DNA of 64,000 bases from Yuukianura sp. NJ FZ-2021 (taxonomy: Eukaryota): NCBI GenBank assembly GCA_046563655.1, contig CM102284.1, positions 6,572,001 through 6,636,000 of the forward strand. The letters run 5' to 3'. The notes beneath the pieces are model-generated. The model had not been told where the DNA came from, searched no databases, and saw nothing but the letters and a program-made list of their open reading frames with translations. Below, piece by piece: positions 10,982 through 23,496 of the stretch (the first letter of the stretch is position 1; every line of letters starts with the position of its first letter). Made by a program: the position numbers and the translations under genes.

Positions 10982-12892
10982 TCATTCAATGTTTTGTAGC
11001 TTAAATGCGTATGGTTTGGCGAAGCGCCAGATACTAACTAAGGCTTCATTTTTAATGTCCGCTTCACTGATTTCACCAAGAGAAGGGGCAAAGGTCAACT
11101 TGAAATTTTGCAAAATTGAAACAAAGTAAAGAAAAAAGGCATTTCGCGTGTATGCTTGACCCACACAAGTTCTTAACCCAACTGAAAAATGCACCGATTG
11201 CGGAACTGATTTTTCATCTTGTGCCAAAAACCGTTCCGGTCGAAACCGTTCCGGATCTCCCCAAATCTTCGGGTCGTGATTGGCTCCATACAGATTGCCA
11301 ATTAAGATTGTTCCGGTCGGAATTTGGAAACCGCGAAACACAGTATCGGAAATTGCTTGGTGAAAATTTGCAAATGGAGCACCAGAGGATACGCGTAAAA
11401 CTTCTTTCATAAACGCCATGGTGTAGGGCATTCTAAAATTTTAAAAAATGTTAGCATTTCAATTTTTAAAATTTTTTTAGAAAATAAGGCGGAATAACCT
11501 GTCCATGTCCCTGATGTCAATTGTACATGAGCCGATCACTTCCTGAATTTCATCCCGAAGTTTTTGTTGTACATCTGGTCGACATGCTGCAAAAGCGAAC
11601 GCCCAGTTCAGCAAATTGACAAAAGCGATGACTCCAGTCATGAAAATGTTCGCAACGGTTCCCTTAAGGTTATTTTCTAGAATTTTTTGAAAAAAAAAAA
11701 CTTGAAATCCAAAATTATTTTTGAAAGTTGATTCCAATTTTGAACAAACACTAACCACCAGCCTCTTCATACAAGCATGAGAGGGATGGAAGACTTTTTC
11801 GTCTTTGCTGACTTTTCAAAAGCCAAGTTTTCATAAAATTCTTTGAAATTGATGTGCTACAAGTTGAGTGACCTTGAAGGTCACATTCGTCACGGTCAAT
11901 TTCGTGCTTGGTCTTGTGTACAGTGATTTGGATAAGCTTGTGAAGCGATTCAGCCGCAGTTTTTACACCTTTGTATGCATTAATCGTTGTCAAGAATTCA
12001 ATAAATTTTGGATCCATCCAGAACAGCGGATTTCCAATGGGCAGAAAAAACTTACTAAAAAATAAAGGTAAAATTTCGGGTTTTTAAAAACTTAGTTTTT
12101 TCATGTGTGATTTTTTTACTTTTGAAAATCCAAAAGTTGGACTTGGAGATTAACGCTTGATTCAAAATCCAGGTTTTGTCCACTCATCATGTGCCAGACG
12201 TATCGTGTAACTGGAACCATCACAGCATCACGCAAGCACATTTCAGAATTCCCATTTTGCAAATCCCGCTTCCAGCGTTCAATCATACTGCCAATATCTT
12301 GCAGCATCAAGTCATCTCCTGGACGTGGTGCAAAGCCGATTTCGCTCAACACTTTGATTTCCAAATTTCGTACTGCTTCCCAATTCCGAAATTCGGTTGA
12401 CGTAACTGTGCCTAAAATATTCAAGTTTTCCAAAATTCAAAATTTTCAAAAAAATTATTCCTTTTAAAATTTGTACCTCGGTCATGTCCTCCAGAGAATA
12501 GTATCATGGGTATCGTTTGAGCGCGGGCAAAGAAATTGACATTTTGAAATGCTTCTTTCAAAATTTCAGCATCACTTATGAGGATGACGTTGTAGGAGCA
12601 GATTTTGAGTCCCACAATTTGTCCATACTTTTTGTGCCATTTGACAAAGGTTTCTAGTGGTGACCTTCTGAACTCTAGCCAGTTTCCAACAATTGGAAAT
12701 TGAAATGGACCTTCATTATGTTCAAAAATCAAAATTTTCAAATTCAAACCCATTTTCTCAAATGAAGGCTAGCAACTCCACTTTGATGGAAATTTTACCT
12801 GGTGGTTTAGGAACTGTCTTCAGCTTTTTCCTTCTAAAGTACAAACAAATGAAGACAAACGTCAAAAGAACTATAGCGTCTTTAAGCATCAT
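10982..12892 (-). CDS. Cytochrome P450, CYP2 clan-like, copy 2 (tandem paralog, same exon structure)
   Basis: MMLKDAIVLLTFVFICLYF, PPGPFQFPIVGN, WEAVR, EVLR, PERF, FSVGLRTCVG; near-identical exons to copy 1. Confidence 0.93.
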
Positions 12893-13632
12893 TTTCTACA
12901 ATTTTAAAATTTCAACTGATGCAATTCGTTTTTGTATTGATTGACTCGCGACAATATTTGATACGACAGAGTTGGAATTTATGAGCTAACTGTTTTACAG
13001 CTCTTTTAATTAAAAACTGTCTAATTAGCGTTATGTCTTGACGTCAAACTGTTGACGAAACCATTCGATGCCTTTATTTTTGACAAAGATTAGATTTAGT
13101 TTTGAAGCAATAAAGAAATTAATGACTTAATTAAAATTTTCTACATGAGGACATTCTGATTTCATATAAAAAATTACTGATGTTGCCTCCAACTTGGTTT
13201 TTCTTTCGAGGTTTTCTGTGAGAATTTATTTAATTACTAGACACTTCGGCAGTAAAATTCGAGAAACAATTCCCTGGAGCGTAATTTAACCTGTTTTGAA
13301 TAAACCGAAGTCCCACTTTTTTCACAATTTAAAATCGCTCGCGTAAAAACTTTATTGACTTTGTCCTCTTTGTGTGAGTGAACTAAAGCTCAATCAGTTG
13401 TACCCACGTAGTGCCTCACTGCTTTCCCTGACCACCTAATAGTTACAACTCAATTAAAAATTTAAAAACCTGCATAACCTTGATTGTAACAACTCACTAC
13501 ATACTCTCAGTGCGAAAGTACAAAGAGTGGTTATTACAATCCATGGGTACGCAGGATACAAGAATTACCATTGCCATCCTCAGTGTAACATTGCCTAGTA
13601 CTTTAATAAAATAAAGCCATTTCATTTATATT

Positions 13633-16116
13633 TTAAATATTTTTCATCGTTTTCCAGAAATTAATACGACGAAGGTTAGGTTCTTGGGTCATCGCAATAT
13701 TCGTGTTGATTTGCAAAAGATTCGGACTAGCAAAAGTATATGGCTCCCATGTATTCGTTTTCCCACTGCTATAAAACTTACTATGATGACTCCATTCCAG
13801 TTTGTTTGGAGTGCTACAAAGTTTTTTGAAAGTTCAAAATTTTGAAACCTGTTCAATTTTTAAAGCAAGTGGGCACATCCGGTACACTTACCCCGTAGTT
13901 GCAAAATTTAGGACAAGATTTATAAAGTATTTGGAAATTTGGTAGTCCGTAGTCGCCGTATCAAGAGCATGAAATAGTTCACTACAGTTGAACAGATACT
14001 GCAGTTCATCTTGATGCATTACACCTTTAGAGAAAACACTTTTGTGAAATTTTGAAAAATGAAAATTCTTAAAAAATTTCAATTTTGATTACCCCATTCT
14101 GCAGGGTGAAAGTACACTTTTTCAGCAAGCGAGTGCGTTCCATCGTAAGTAAAATGGTAAGCGTAAAGCGGAGCTGCTACTGCTTTTGAATGCGTTTGAA
14201 GTGTATTATGAAACGGTACATAAAAAAATCGGTCTCCAATCATCTTAAAACAGGACAAAAATTAAAATTTTGATTCAATTTTTTTTTAAATTCATTTAAA
14301 TTTACTTGACTAATGGATTTGGAAGCCTCGAATCCTCCGTAACTAAATTTTGGCGAACTTCCAAAGTAAAATTTCTTGATCATCGCTGTATACTTTGTGT
14401 AGTTTCGGTTGTAGTCCAACATTATTGGAATGTTTTGGTCCAAGTTCTTAACCAATTTACGAATGGCCAAAGGCGCTGCATAATTCACTAGAAAATGCAT
14501 CAAAGATTTCAAGTTTTTCAAAAACACTATAAATTCTTTTTTCACTAAAATGAAAAATTTCTTAGTTTTAAAAGAAAAATTAACACCTAAGGTATACAGA
14601 TCTCCTTCATCTCTAAGAATTCCTGTCATCCACGGAACTTTTGCAACTTTTCCTTTCCTGTAAATCTCGTCTGGACTTTCTACTAAAAATGCTTCCGTGT
14701 TGACCGGCTCAATGACTGGACCAAACAAAACGGATGGATTCTCCAGCACTTCCTAAAAAAATTAACATTGAAAAGATCAGAGGTCAACGTCAACGTTCCA
14801 AATTTGTTAATTTTTGCTTACAAAGAGGTCATACTGCGTTGACACAAGTCGTCGAGCAGATTTTTGACGTAAGCAGTGTATGACGTTAGACCGTCGTCGA
14901 CCAATAGGAGAGCAGCCGACTATTTTCAGCCATCGGTTTGCATGGGCTGTTTGATTTTGAGGAGTTGCCCAAAATGACAAAGCGGTTCCACTCAGGCTAA
15001 TAGCATGCTGAAAATTGCCTCAATTTTTGGAAAAGTGAAAAATTATTTTTCAAAAATGAGTTTCATTGTCAATAAATTTTCAACCGAAGCATTTTACCTC
15101 TTGAAAGCGGCGACATCATGTGCAAGTGAACTGCAGCACCTCCTACATGTTACACCAAAAATTGTTTTGCAGTAATTACGTTACACCATTTTTGGAAACT
15201 TGCAGGTAATAATTTTTTTGAAAATTCGACAGACTTTTTGAAAAAATCTGTCCAAATTTTAGGAAATTTGGATTTTACCGGCAGACTGTCCCATAAGCGT
15301 AATTTTTTGAGGGTTGCCACCAAAATGCTTAATGTTTTCCTTGACCCAGCGCAGCGCCATTGCTTGATCCTTGAGTCCAAAGTTGCCGGGTACTTCTGGG
15401 TCATCGCTGCTGTAGAAACCTAAGGGCCCCAGTCTATAGTTAAGGGTCACCAGAATCACGTCATGGTCAACCAGATACGCTGGACCATACTGTGACCCTG
15501 ACCCCCAAAAATACGATCCTCCATGAATCCATACCAGGACAGGGAGGTACTTATTTCCAAGTACCCAATTCTGCAACTACAAACAAAATCCGAAAAAAAG
15601 AATCAAAAATTTGAAAAAGTGAAGGATTTTTATATTTAACTTACCATTGGCACGTAAACGTTAAGGACAAGACAGTCTTCTTGGCCAACCACGCGATAGT
15701 AGCTGGTCGGATCCATTTGGATACACTTGATTCGTCGATTTGCTCGAAGCGTTCCATTCCAACTTCTTTTTCTAACTGGGTTCTGGAAGTCAAAATTCAA
15801 AAAACAAGTTCAAGACAAATTTTAACCAAGTTAGTTAACTAATTTGGCCAATTTGACCTTTGACCTAGAAATTTGTGCTTACTCTGAATCGGAGGTCACC
15901 AGTAGGACTTTCAGCGTAGGGAATACCTTCATAGGCTCCAATTACTTTAGAAGTGATTGTACTCATGTAGTATCCAGAGATTCTGCCAGTATTGGTTTCG
16001 ATCACTGGCGGTCCGGCATTGACAGGTCGCTTGTCCGGTACATCCGGAATTGGGAAAATCCTGTCACAAGCAGCCCAGGCACAAATGAAGCCTAAAACTC
16101 TTGTGGCAGTGATCAT
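13633..16116 (-). CDS. Secreted type-B carboxylesterase (beta-esterase/juvenile hormone esterase-like)
   Basis: Signal-like N-terminus, GIPYAESPTGDLRF, EDCL, WIHGGSY, NYRLGPLGF, GNFGLKDQ, catalytic GQSAG split by an intron, DEG, GVMHQDELQYLF; ends RRINFWKTMKNI*. Confidence 0.92.
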
Positions 16117-17357
16117 GATGATGGTGACTCGTTCAAAATTATAAGTTCAGATTTACACCTTCCCACTTGAAGTTACTAAACCAAATGGACACAATGAAGC
16201 AGTGAACGACAAATGTGTGGTCCATTGTCCTTCGTTTTCCTTGTCTGCGGCGCCCTTGTCTCAGGTTGTTTGGATTTTTCAAGGACGCCCGGATGCTGAA
16301 TTGTTGCAAGTCTCAAGATCAATTTCAATGTTTGACCAATCTCCATGAAATGGAAACATGTACTAACTGTGATGTAATTTTACTTTAGAAACTTTTAACA
16401 CATCAAAGTTTAATTGAAGATTTAATTATTTTTGGCTTTGTAGAAATTAATCGACTGAAACAATCTCTCAAAGTGAAAATGATAAACGAGATTTAGATTT
16501 CATGGTTCAAGTAGTACTACTTTGGTGGTGCTTTCTTTATCGAACAGGAAACTTTTAAAAACGCACTAAAAAATACAAATGAAACTTTTTCAATTATTAA
16601 TCAACGCAGAACAGAATCTTAAAAAATATAAAAAGAGATCAAACCATTGACCTAATAGAAATCAGTTTAACCATTTAGACTCGCTATGCTTCAAATTAGG
16701 TTTAATTTGTTCACAGCTGCATTTATTTACGCCAAATTGAAATAAAATTTTTGAAATTTTTGAATATAATTCGAAATACACAGAAATAAAAGTCGAAAGT
16801 GCCACGAAATAAAGTAGAATTAAAAGCTTGTCAAAAAAAATTACAGATCAAATCAATTGTTTTCAAATTCGGTTAATCGGTAGGGTAAATCTTTCCAACT
16901 GTTAATTGTAATTTTCTCAGTAATTCGAGAGGATCTAAACTGTGAATGAGAACGAGGTAACTTATACACACCATTGTGCAATACTAAACAAAAAGTATTT
17001 TGATTTTACGATTACTAATTAAGTAATTCTTGGTGTGAAAATCAACTGTTTATGAATTATTGTTAGGTTTAAAACTCGTGTGTGTAAAGAAAATTTATGT
17101 TCAAGGACGCCACAGGTGGTGGCGCCAAACTTCAAACAAAAACTTCGACAAATTAGTTTTGATTTTATACTCATCAGCTGATTGGACGGGAAGTTTACAA
17201 CGAGGGTTGAACGTTGAAGAATTGAATTGGTTTAGTTTAGTTAATCACGTTAATTGATTAATTAACTCGTCAATTGATTAATGAGCGCTAGGTGATTCAC
17301 AACTTCAATACAACTAAATCCAGTGCCATACGCTTTGACAAGAAAGGATTGTTCATC

Positions 17358-18101
17358 ATGCCTTCAGCATCAGCTGGACCTTCTACTTCTAAATCTACTG
17401 CAAGAAACGGTAGTGATGGGGACACTAGCGATGGAAATTCTTGGATGGAAACGTTTCTCGGCAAAGATGGAGTCCCAACTGACACAACTAAGCAGATGAT
17501 CATGGGCGGTGTTTCGGGATGGTAAGTTTGTTCTTGAATAGTTAGTTGTCACGTGTGATTGATTTTATGATGATTAACATCTTAAGATGTGCTGATAAAG
17601 GGTCACAGGATTCTTGGCTATGAAGGGAATGAAGGCTGCAGCAACTGCAATCGGTGGTGGTATTATTATTCTTCAACTTGCTAGTCATCAAGGATACATC
17701 AACGTAAGACTATGCTGTAAATCCACGATTTTCAAACGTTGTGTCAAAATCGGTCGCTAGTAACTTCTTTCTGGTTTTATTTTGACAGATCAACTGGGCC
17801 CGATTTCGCCGTGACATGAACACGGCAGCCAACAAAATAGCAGAAGGTGGAGATCAAAAAAAGAAGGACTGGACAACAAAAGTAAGCATTTTTGTGCTTC
17901 TGTCTCGTGTTGTCAGCATCGTTCACTGCTTGCTGTTTCTGTACTTCTAATTTAGAACTTTTGCTTAGCGTCTTGCACGCTTTTCTAATAATTTGTCGTT
18001 GTTTATTTTTTTGCCTGTAGATCATTCGACTGGCACACGAGAACAAGCATGGCGCAATTGGATTTACTGCTGGATTTTTTCTGGGCTTCGCTTGTTCTTA
18101 A
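17358..18101 (+). CDS. FUNDC1: FUN14 domain mitochondrial outer membrane protein; exons 17358-17521, 17601-17703, 17789-17881, 18021-18101
   Basis: Spliced translation QMIMGGVSGW|VTGFLAMKGMKAAATAIGGGIIILQLASHQGYIN|INW...|...GFTAGFFLGFACS* is the FUN14 pattern. Confidence 0.88.
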
Positions 18102-18233
18102 TTTCTGTTTGTTCGATTCTCTAGTTGTTTTTTCTAATTACTAATCATAACTTCTATCGCTTGACTTATTCACAAAATCGCAGTTTACTAATAATAAATC
18201 TCGTCTTTTCAATTTCTTTCTGTTCTACTTTAG

Positions 18234-18407
18234 CTTGAGAAAAAGTTCGATAAGCTTGCCGACAGAGCTGAAGATGCAGCGAATCAATTGGAATCCAAAT
18301 CCAGAAGATGGTACAACAAAATCTCTGGAAAAGAAACACAGAATCTGCAAATTTTCTTGAGTTCATTTGCAATTGGCACTCTTCTGGGAATTGTCACTGG
18401 ACAGTAG
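18234..18407 (+). CDS. FUNDC1: Alternative terminal exon of the FUNDC gene
   Basis: Pyrimidine tract plus TAG acceptor, phase 0 matching the donor at 17882. Reads LEKKFDKLADRAEDAANQLESKSRRWYNKISGKETQNLQIFLSSFAIGTLLGIVTGQ*. Confidence 0.7.
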   Translation, partial: LEKKFDKLADRAEDAANQLESKSRRWYNKISGKETQNLQIFLSSFAIGTLLGIVTGQ

Positions 18408-20182
18408 AAGCTGCTAAAAGCTTACCAAAATTCACTTCAGAACTGCTTTAATTTATTCCACCACAGTTAAAGGAGTTAGTGATCATATCTATTCCAGACG
18501 TGATCTTTAATTCTAGACAAGATGCAACAATTTCTCTCTGCCGTCGATGTAGTCTGCCAGTTTGAGTGAGAGCGAGTGAGCGAAGAACTTGGTTGGGTCT
18601 CCTAACAACCGTCGATGTGGTAATTTCACAAGTTTTTTTTTTTCAAAAAAGTTCGTTTATCTAAACAAAATTTTTTGAAAAGTTAAATTTTAGAATCATG
18701 ATTCGTTCAATTTAAAATGTGCTTATAAGTAAAATTTAAAAAATCATAAGATTATCCAGGACGCGTCTTGTGTCCAATTAATTGTCCATCAAAGTTCATC
18801 AATCCATGACCGGAAGACCCACTACAGGAATACCGTCGCCTGTTCCTCTCACTTTCATTCCAAACATGAAACAAATCAATTTCTCCAAGTCGAAGGTCAA
18901 TTAACTTAATTTTAGCTTAGTTAATTTCTGCTTTCGTTCAAATTTGCAAGCTTTTTCGCAGATAGTGAAAGTCGAAAAGTGAAAGTCAGGGTGAAGGTCA
19001 CAGATTTTTTTTTTAATTTTTGAATTTCCCGCTGCGCGCATTCCCTGACCTTCCTCAACTTACCCCCCTCCAGACCTTGAGAACGGGAAAAAACACAAAG
19101 GATTTTGCGTTGAGTTTCTTCTTATCATCGCATCTAGTATCTGCTGATTTGTATTTACCTTTGCTTTTGTTCTTCTCTAGTACTTTTCCTTTAGCTTTTC
19201 GTTAATCGTTTCGTTAGTTTGTCATTTAATTGACCTAGTTTTTAGTTAATCCAGACGTTAGTCAACATCCGACTAAGTTTCTATTCAGACTCATCATCAA
19301 CGTCTCGCTGGGGGTGGTGGACTGACGTCAATTTAAGATTTTCACCATGACCTTTGTTATAAGAAGAAGCTGACCATCATGGTGCTGGTGATAGATACTA
19401 TATTTTTAACAATTACTGCACGATTATCTACGGAATCCAGTTCAAATAGTACTTCCTGTCTCAGCTGACTCGGTGTGACAAGGTAACTATTAATATAACC
19501 CATACCAAATGGATTATTAAGCAATTGGGTAATCATTCATAATCAATTCCTTATGCATGGTCTATACAGCATGGAATTGGTCCCCAGCATCCCGCAGCAG
19601 TAGTACAGTAGAGTCGACCTTTCGATGAAGGTTCTTCGGTTACTGGAGGTTATAAATGTGATACGATTGCCCTTGTCCTTTGCTACTTTTGTACATTTAC
19701 AAAGATCACGATTGAGAGGGGCCATTGAGTAGTTTCCGGGTTTTCCATTTAATCTAATCAATGGTATCAAATTCACAGCCTCAGCGTTTGTTTTTGCAAC
19801 GTAAGCAGTTGTACGCGTAGAAGCAGTTGTTGTGCTAAGCTGGAATTCGCATAACCCGTTTAGTAACATTTGATACACGCATACCAAAAAAGAGTAGTCG
19901 GTGTCTGTGCTGGAACTCTAACTCGACTTCTCGACTTAATCACGAACTAATGTATTGATTGTTTTGATTTTTGCAGTTGCCAATTCATCAGCTCATTTTA
20001 TTGAGAAGGGAGGGCCGTTTTGTACTCATGCACTGACTAAATTTTCATACGCCGCTGGAGAATCCTTGTTTACAATTTTGTCTTCAAAGCTGACGACTCG
20101 GGAGAAGTTTGTGGTTTAGAAGTTTACAGTGAATCAGTATTTTCGTGGACGAAAACTCTTTGCTTTTAAGAAACTACACGGA

Positions 20183-23008
20183 ATGGACCCTGAGAAATCA
20201 TCTTTAAGCACGAGTGACCCTGGGAGGTAAGCATAACGTGCCAAACTGTTAATTCTGTCTACCAACAACATAACAATCTTTCATTAGAATTTGTTAAGTA
20301 TCGTGGAAACTTTTCCTTCTATTTAGCAGGACGGCGCCTGGCCTGTTGTTGCGACATGCCAGCCAAAACTCACTTGACGAGAGCTCCCAAAGGAATCCTT
20401 CTAATTCACCTGAAGAAGATGAGTTCAAGGCACCGTTTAAAAACCCAGAACATTTCGAACTGGCTTTGACTCAAATGGACAGTCTTAGAAGGTAAACATT
20501 TTGTTTATGTTTCCTAGTCCTTTGAGAAATTGAAAAACAGATTTTCATTTTATTTTTATGCATTGTTTTATAGGAAACTCGTCTTTTGTGATGTAACTCT
20601 CCTGGCGGATGACGTTGAAATCCCTGCTCATCGTTTGGTTTTGGCTTCATGTTCTCCCTATTTCAGTGTTATGTTCACCGGTTTTCAAGAGAAAGATAAG
20701 GATCGTGTTCGAATACAAGGCATAGACGGAGCAGCACTTCAGATGCTGATTGGGTATTCATAGGCGACATTCCGAATTTGAACAGTTTATAGTGATGTGC
20801 TTTTTTTAAAAGTAAGATTCTCTTCTTTTTACAGCTATGTTTACACCGGTCAAATTACTATTGCTGAAGATACTGTCCAAATCTTATTGCCTGCTGCCAA
20901 CCTACTGCAGTTGTCGGATGTAAAAGACGCCTGTTCAACATTTCTCAAAGAGCAGCTTCACCCGTCGAATTGTTTGGGAATTCGAGCCTTTGGTGACATG
21001 CATGGATGCCTTGACCTCGTGACTGCCGCTGACACTTTTATCCAATTTCATTTTTCGGAGGTGGTCGAGGGAGAAGAGTTCCTGGCTCTGGACGTCGATC
21101 AGGTTAAACCTATACCATCTGAAAACGTTTATATTTTTCAATATTCGTTTTCTAGACATTTGGTTATGATTTTTAGGTTCTTAGCTTGATTTCAAGCGAC
21201 GGCATAGTGATTCCAACGGAAGAAAAAGTTTTCGAGTGTGTTCAGAACTGGGTCAATCACGATCAGGAGTCAAGAAAAGAACATGTCCCTGTTCTCATGG
21301 AACAAGTTCGTCTACCACTACTGTCTCAGGAATTGTTGACTAAGATGGACGAAGAACCTTTGCTGAGAAGTCCGAAGTGCAAAGATTTGCTCATTGAAGC
21401 CCTCAAATTTCACTTGCTAAGAGCAGAACAGAGAGCGATATTTACAAGCCCAAGGACGAAACCGCGGCAGCCAATTGGCCTTCCGCAAGTGCTGTTGGTT
21501 GTTGGTGGTCAAGCACCAAAAGCAATTCGTTGCGTGGAAGCGTATGACTTTAAGGCAAGATTTAAAATTACATGAGAATTTTATACTAAAAGTACACTTT
21601 TTCATGAAAGTTTATATTTTAGGAAGAACGATGGCGATTATTGAGTGACACGCCGACGAGACGCTGTCGTGCCGGTTTGGCGTATCTTACGCACACACGG
21701 AAACTATATGCTATTGGTGGGTTTAATGGAAGTCTCCGCGTCAAGGCTTGTGATGTATTTGATCCAAAAACGGGGCAATGGTCGTCAGCTCCATCAATGA
21801 TTGCAAGGTAAAAAAAAATACGAAAAATTCAAATTCCGGGATTGAACATGGCCAGCTTTTCAATTTTTTTGAACAGACGAGCAACTCTTGGAGTCGCCAT
21901 TATTAACCAAAAAATTTACGCTGTTGGAGGTAAAACCTTCGCTTTTTACCACTTCTGACACTTGAGATGAGAAGTCCTCCTTGTTTTTAAGGTTTTGACG
22001 GGACAATTGGACTCAACAGCGCTGAGGTTTTTGATCCAGAGAAGAACGAGTGGTCACTAATCGCTGCAATGTCCACGAGGTTTGACTTTTCTCTTGAGTT
22101 CTTTACTTTTTGCAATATTTTCTTAAGTTCAATTTGACTTCTGTATAGACGAAGCTCAGTTGGAGTGGGTGTTTTATTTGAAAAATTATACGCGGTAAGC
22201 CGTTTTAAGTTAAAACCACGCTCATTTAAAATTAACTCGTTTCTGAATTGTAAGATCATTGGAGACATTTGCTTTACAATTTTAGGTCGGTGGTTACGAT
22301 GGACAAAGTCGAAATTGTTTGAGTACCGTTGAATGCTACAATCCGGAGACTAATTCATGGAGTAATGTAGCGGAGATGTCCTTTCGAAGATCTGGAGCTG
22401 GAGGTTAGTTGAAGTTTGAATTGATGCTGAATAGAATTTGGCCAAAACTGAATATGATTTCACTTTTTGAAGTTGGAGTGCTGGACAATCGCCTCTACGT
22501 CGTTGGCGGGTAAGTGACAACGGAAGGACTTTTGAAATTGCACACTGTGCTGTCTATCTGAACAAGTTAATGTTTTTGTTTTAATTTAAACAGCCATGAC
22601 GGACCAATCGTACGGAAATCCTGTGAAGTATATGACCCAACAACAAATACTTGGAAAGCAGTTAGCGAAATGAATACTTGCAGACGAAACTCTGGTAAAA
22701 ATGAGATTTGTGACATTTGAAAAATGAAAAAGGGGCATTTTTTTTAAATGAAATTTTGATTAGGTGTGGTGGCAATCAACGGACTTTTAATTGTGGTTGG
22801 AGGTGACGATGGAAACTCAAACTTGAGTTCGGTCGAGGTGTATAATCCTACTCAAGACACATGGACTTTCCTCAACTCTTCCATGGTTGTTGGACGATCC
22901 TATGCTGGCAAGTATTCTAAAACGTTTAGTTCAACGGAACTAGTGTCATTTGATTTATTTGTTCTTCTAGGTGTCGCAGTTATTGACAAACCGATAGGAT
23001 ACCAGTAA
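20183..23008 (+). CDS. kel: Ring canal kelch homolog (BTB-BACK-Kelch, KLHL2/3 family), multi-exon
   Basis: [15 protein letters not shown] (Kelch-like N-terminus), BTB FCDVTL...[29 protein letters not shown], kelch repeats [60 protein letters not shown]; ends [12 protein letters not shown]. Confidence 0.92.
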
Positions 23009-23496
23009 GCGGTGTAACGCTATCGTCTACTGGCCTGCAGAGATTTTGATCTTCTATGGTTATACATTTAGTAACTGCATTTTCCCTCTCCTAAAACGTT
23101 GAGTATTTATCTTGCGTTGCCACTCTGACGGACTAATCTTTTGACACAAGCCAAAAAAAGCTGCTAAATTACAATTTTCGTGTATTTTTAATAGAGATAG
23201 CGCGCTATTTTTTCGCAATGCATTTCTCGGTCTTTTAGTCAGAGGGAAAGGAGGGATTGGACTTTACTTTTAGAGGAATAATTCATGATCAGTCAAAACC
23301 TTCCGGCCATGGATTTAATAATTAACAGTGAGAATTGGACTTTGTTAAACTCCAACAAATGTGATCTTATTGACTCAACACTCGAATCAGTGAACTCTAA
23401 CTTTTTAATTTGACTGGTGAAATTACCCGTTTCGGAAAATAAATTTAGGAGACGCAACGCGCAAACTGCTGTTCGTTTTGTTGGTGTCGTGAATTT

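Noticed and set aside
19543-19887. 114-aa minus-strand ORF upstream of kelch
   Set aside because: No ATG start or recognisable domain; it lies antisense within a probable kelch 5' UTR intron (donor about 19483, acceptor about 19977).
23006-23100. Drosophila-style kelch stop-codon readthrough into ORF2
   Set aside because: The stop is TAA and is followed by GCG GTG TAA, so there is no downstream ORF2.
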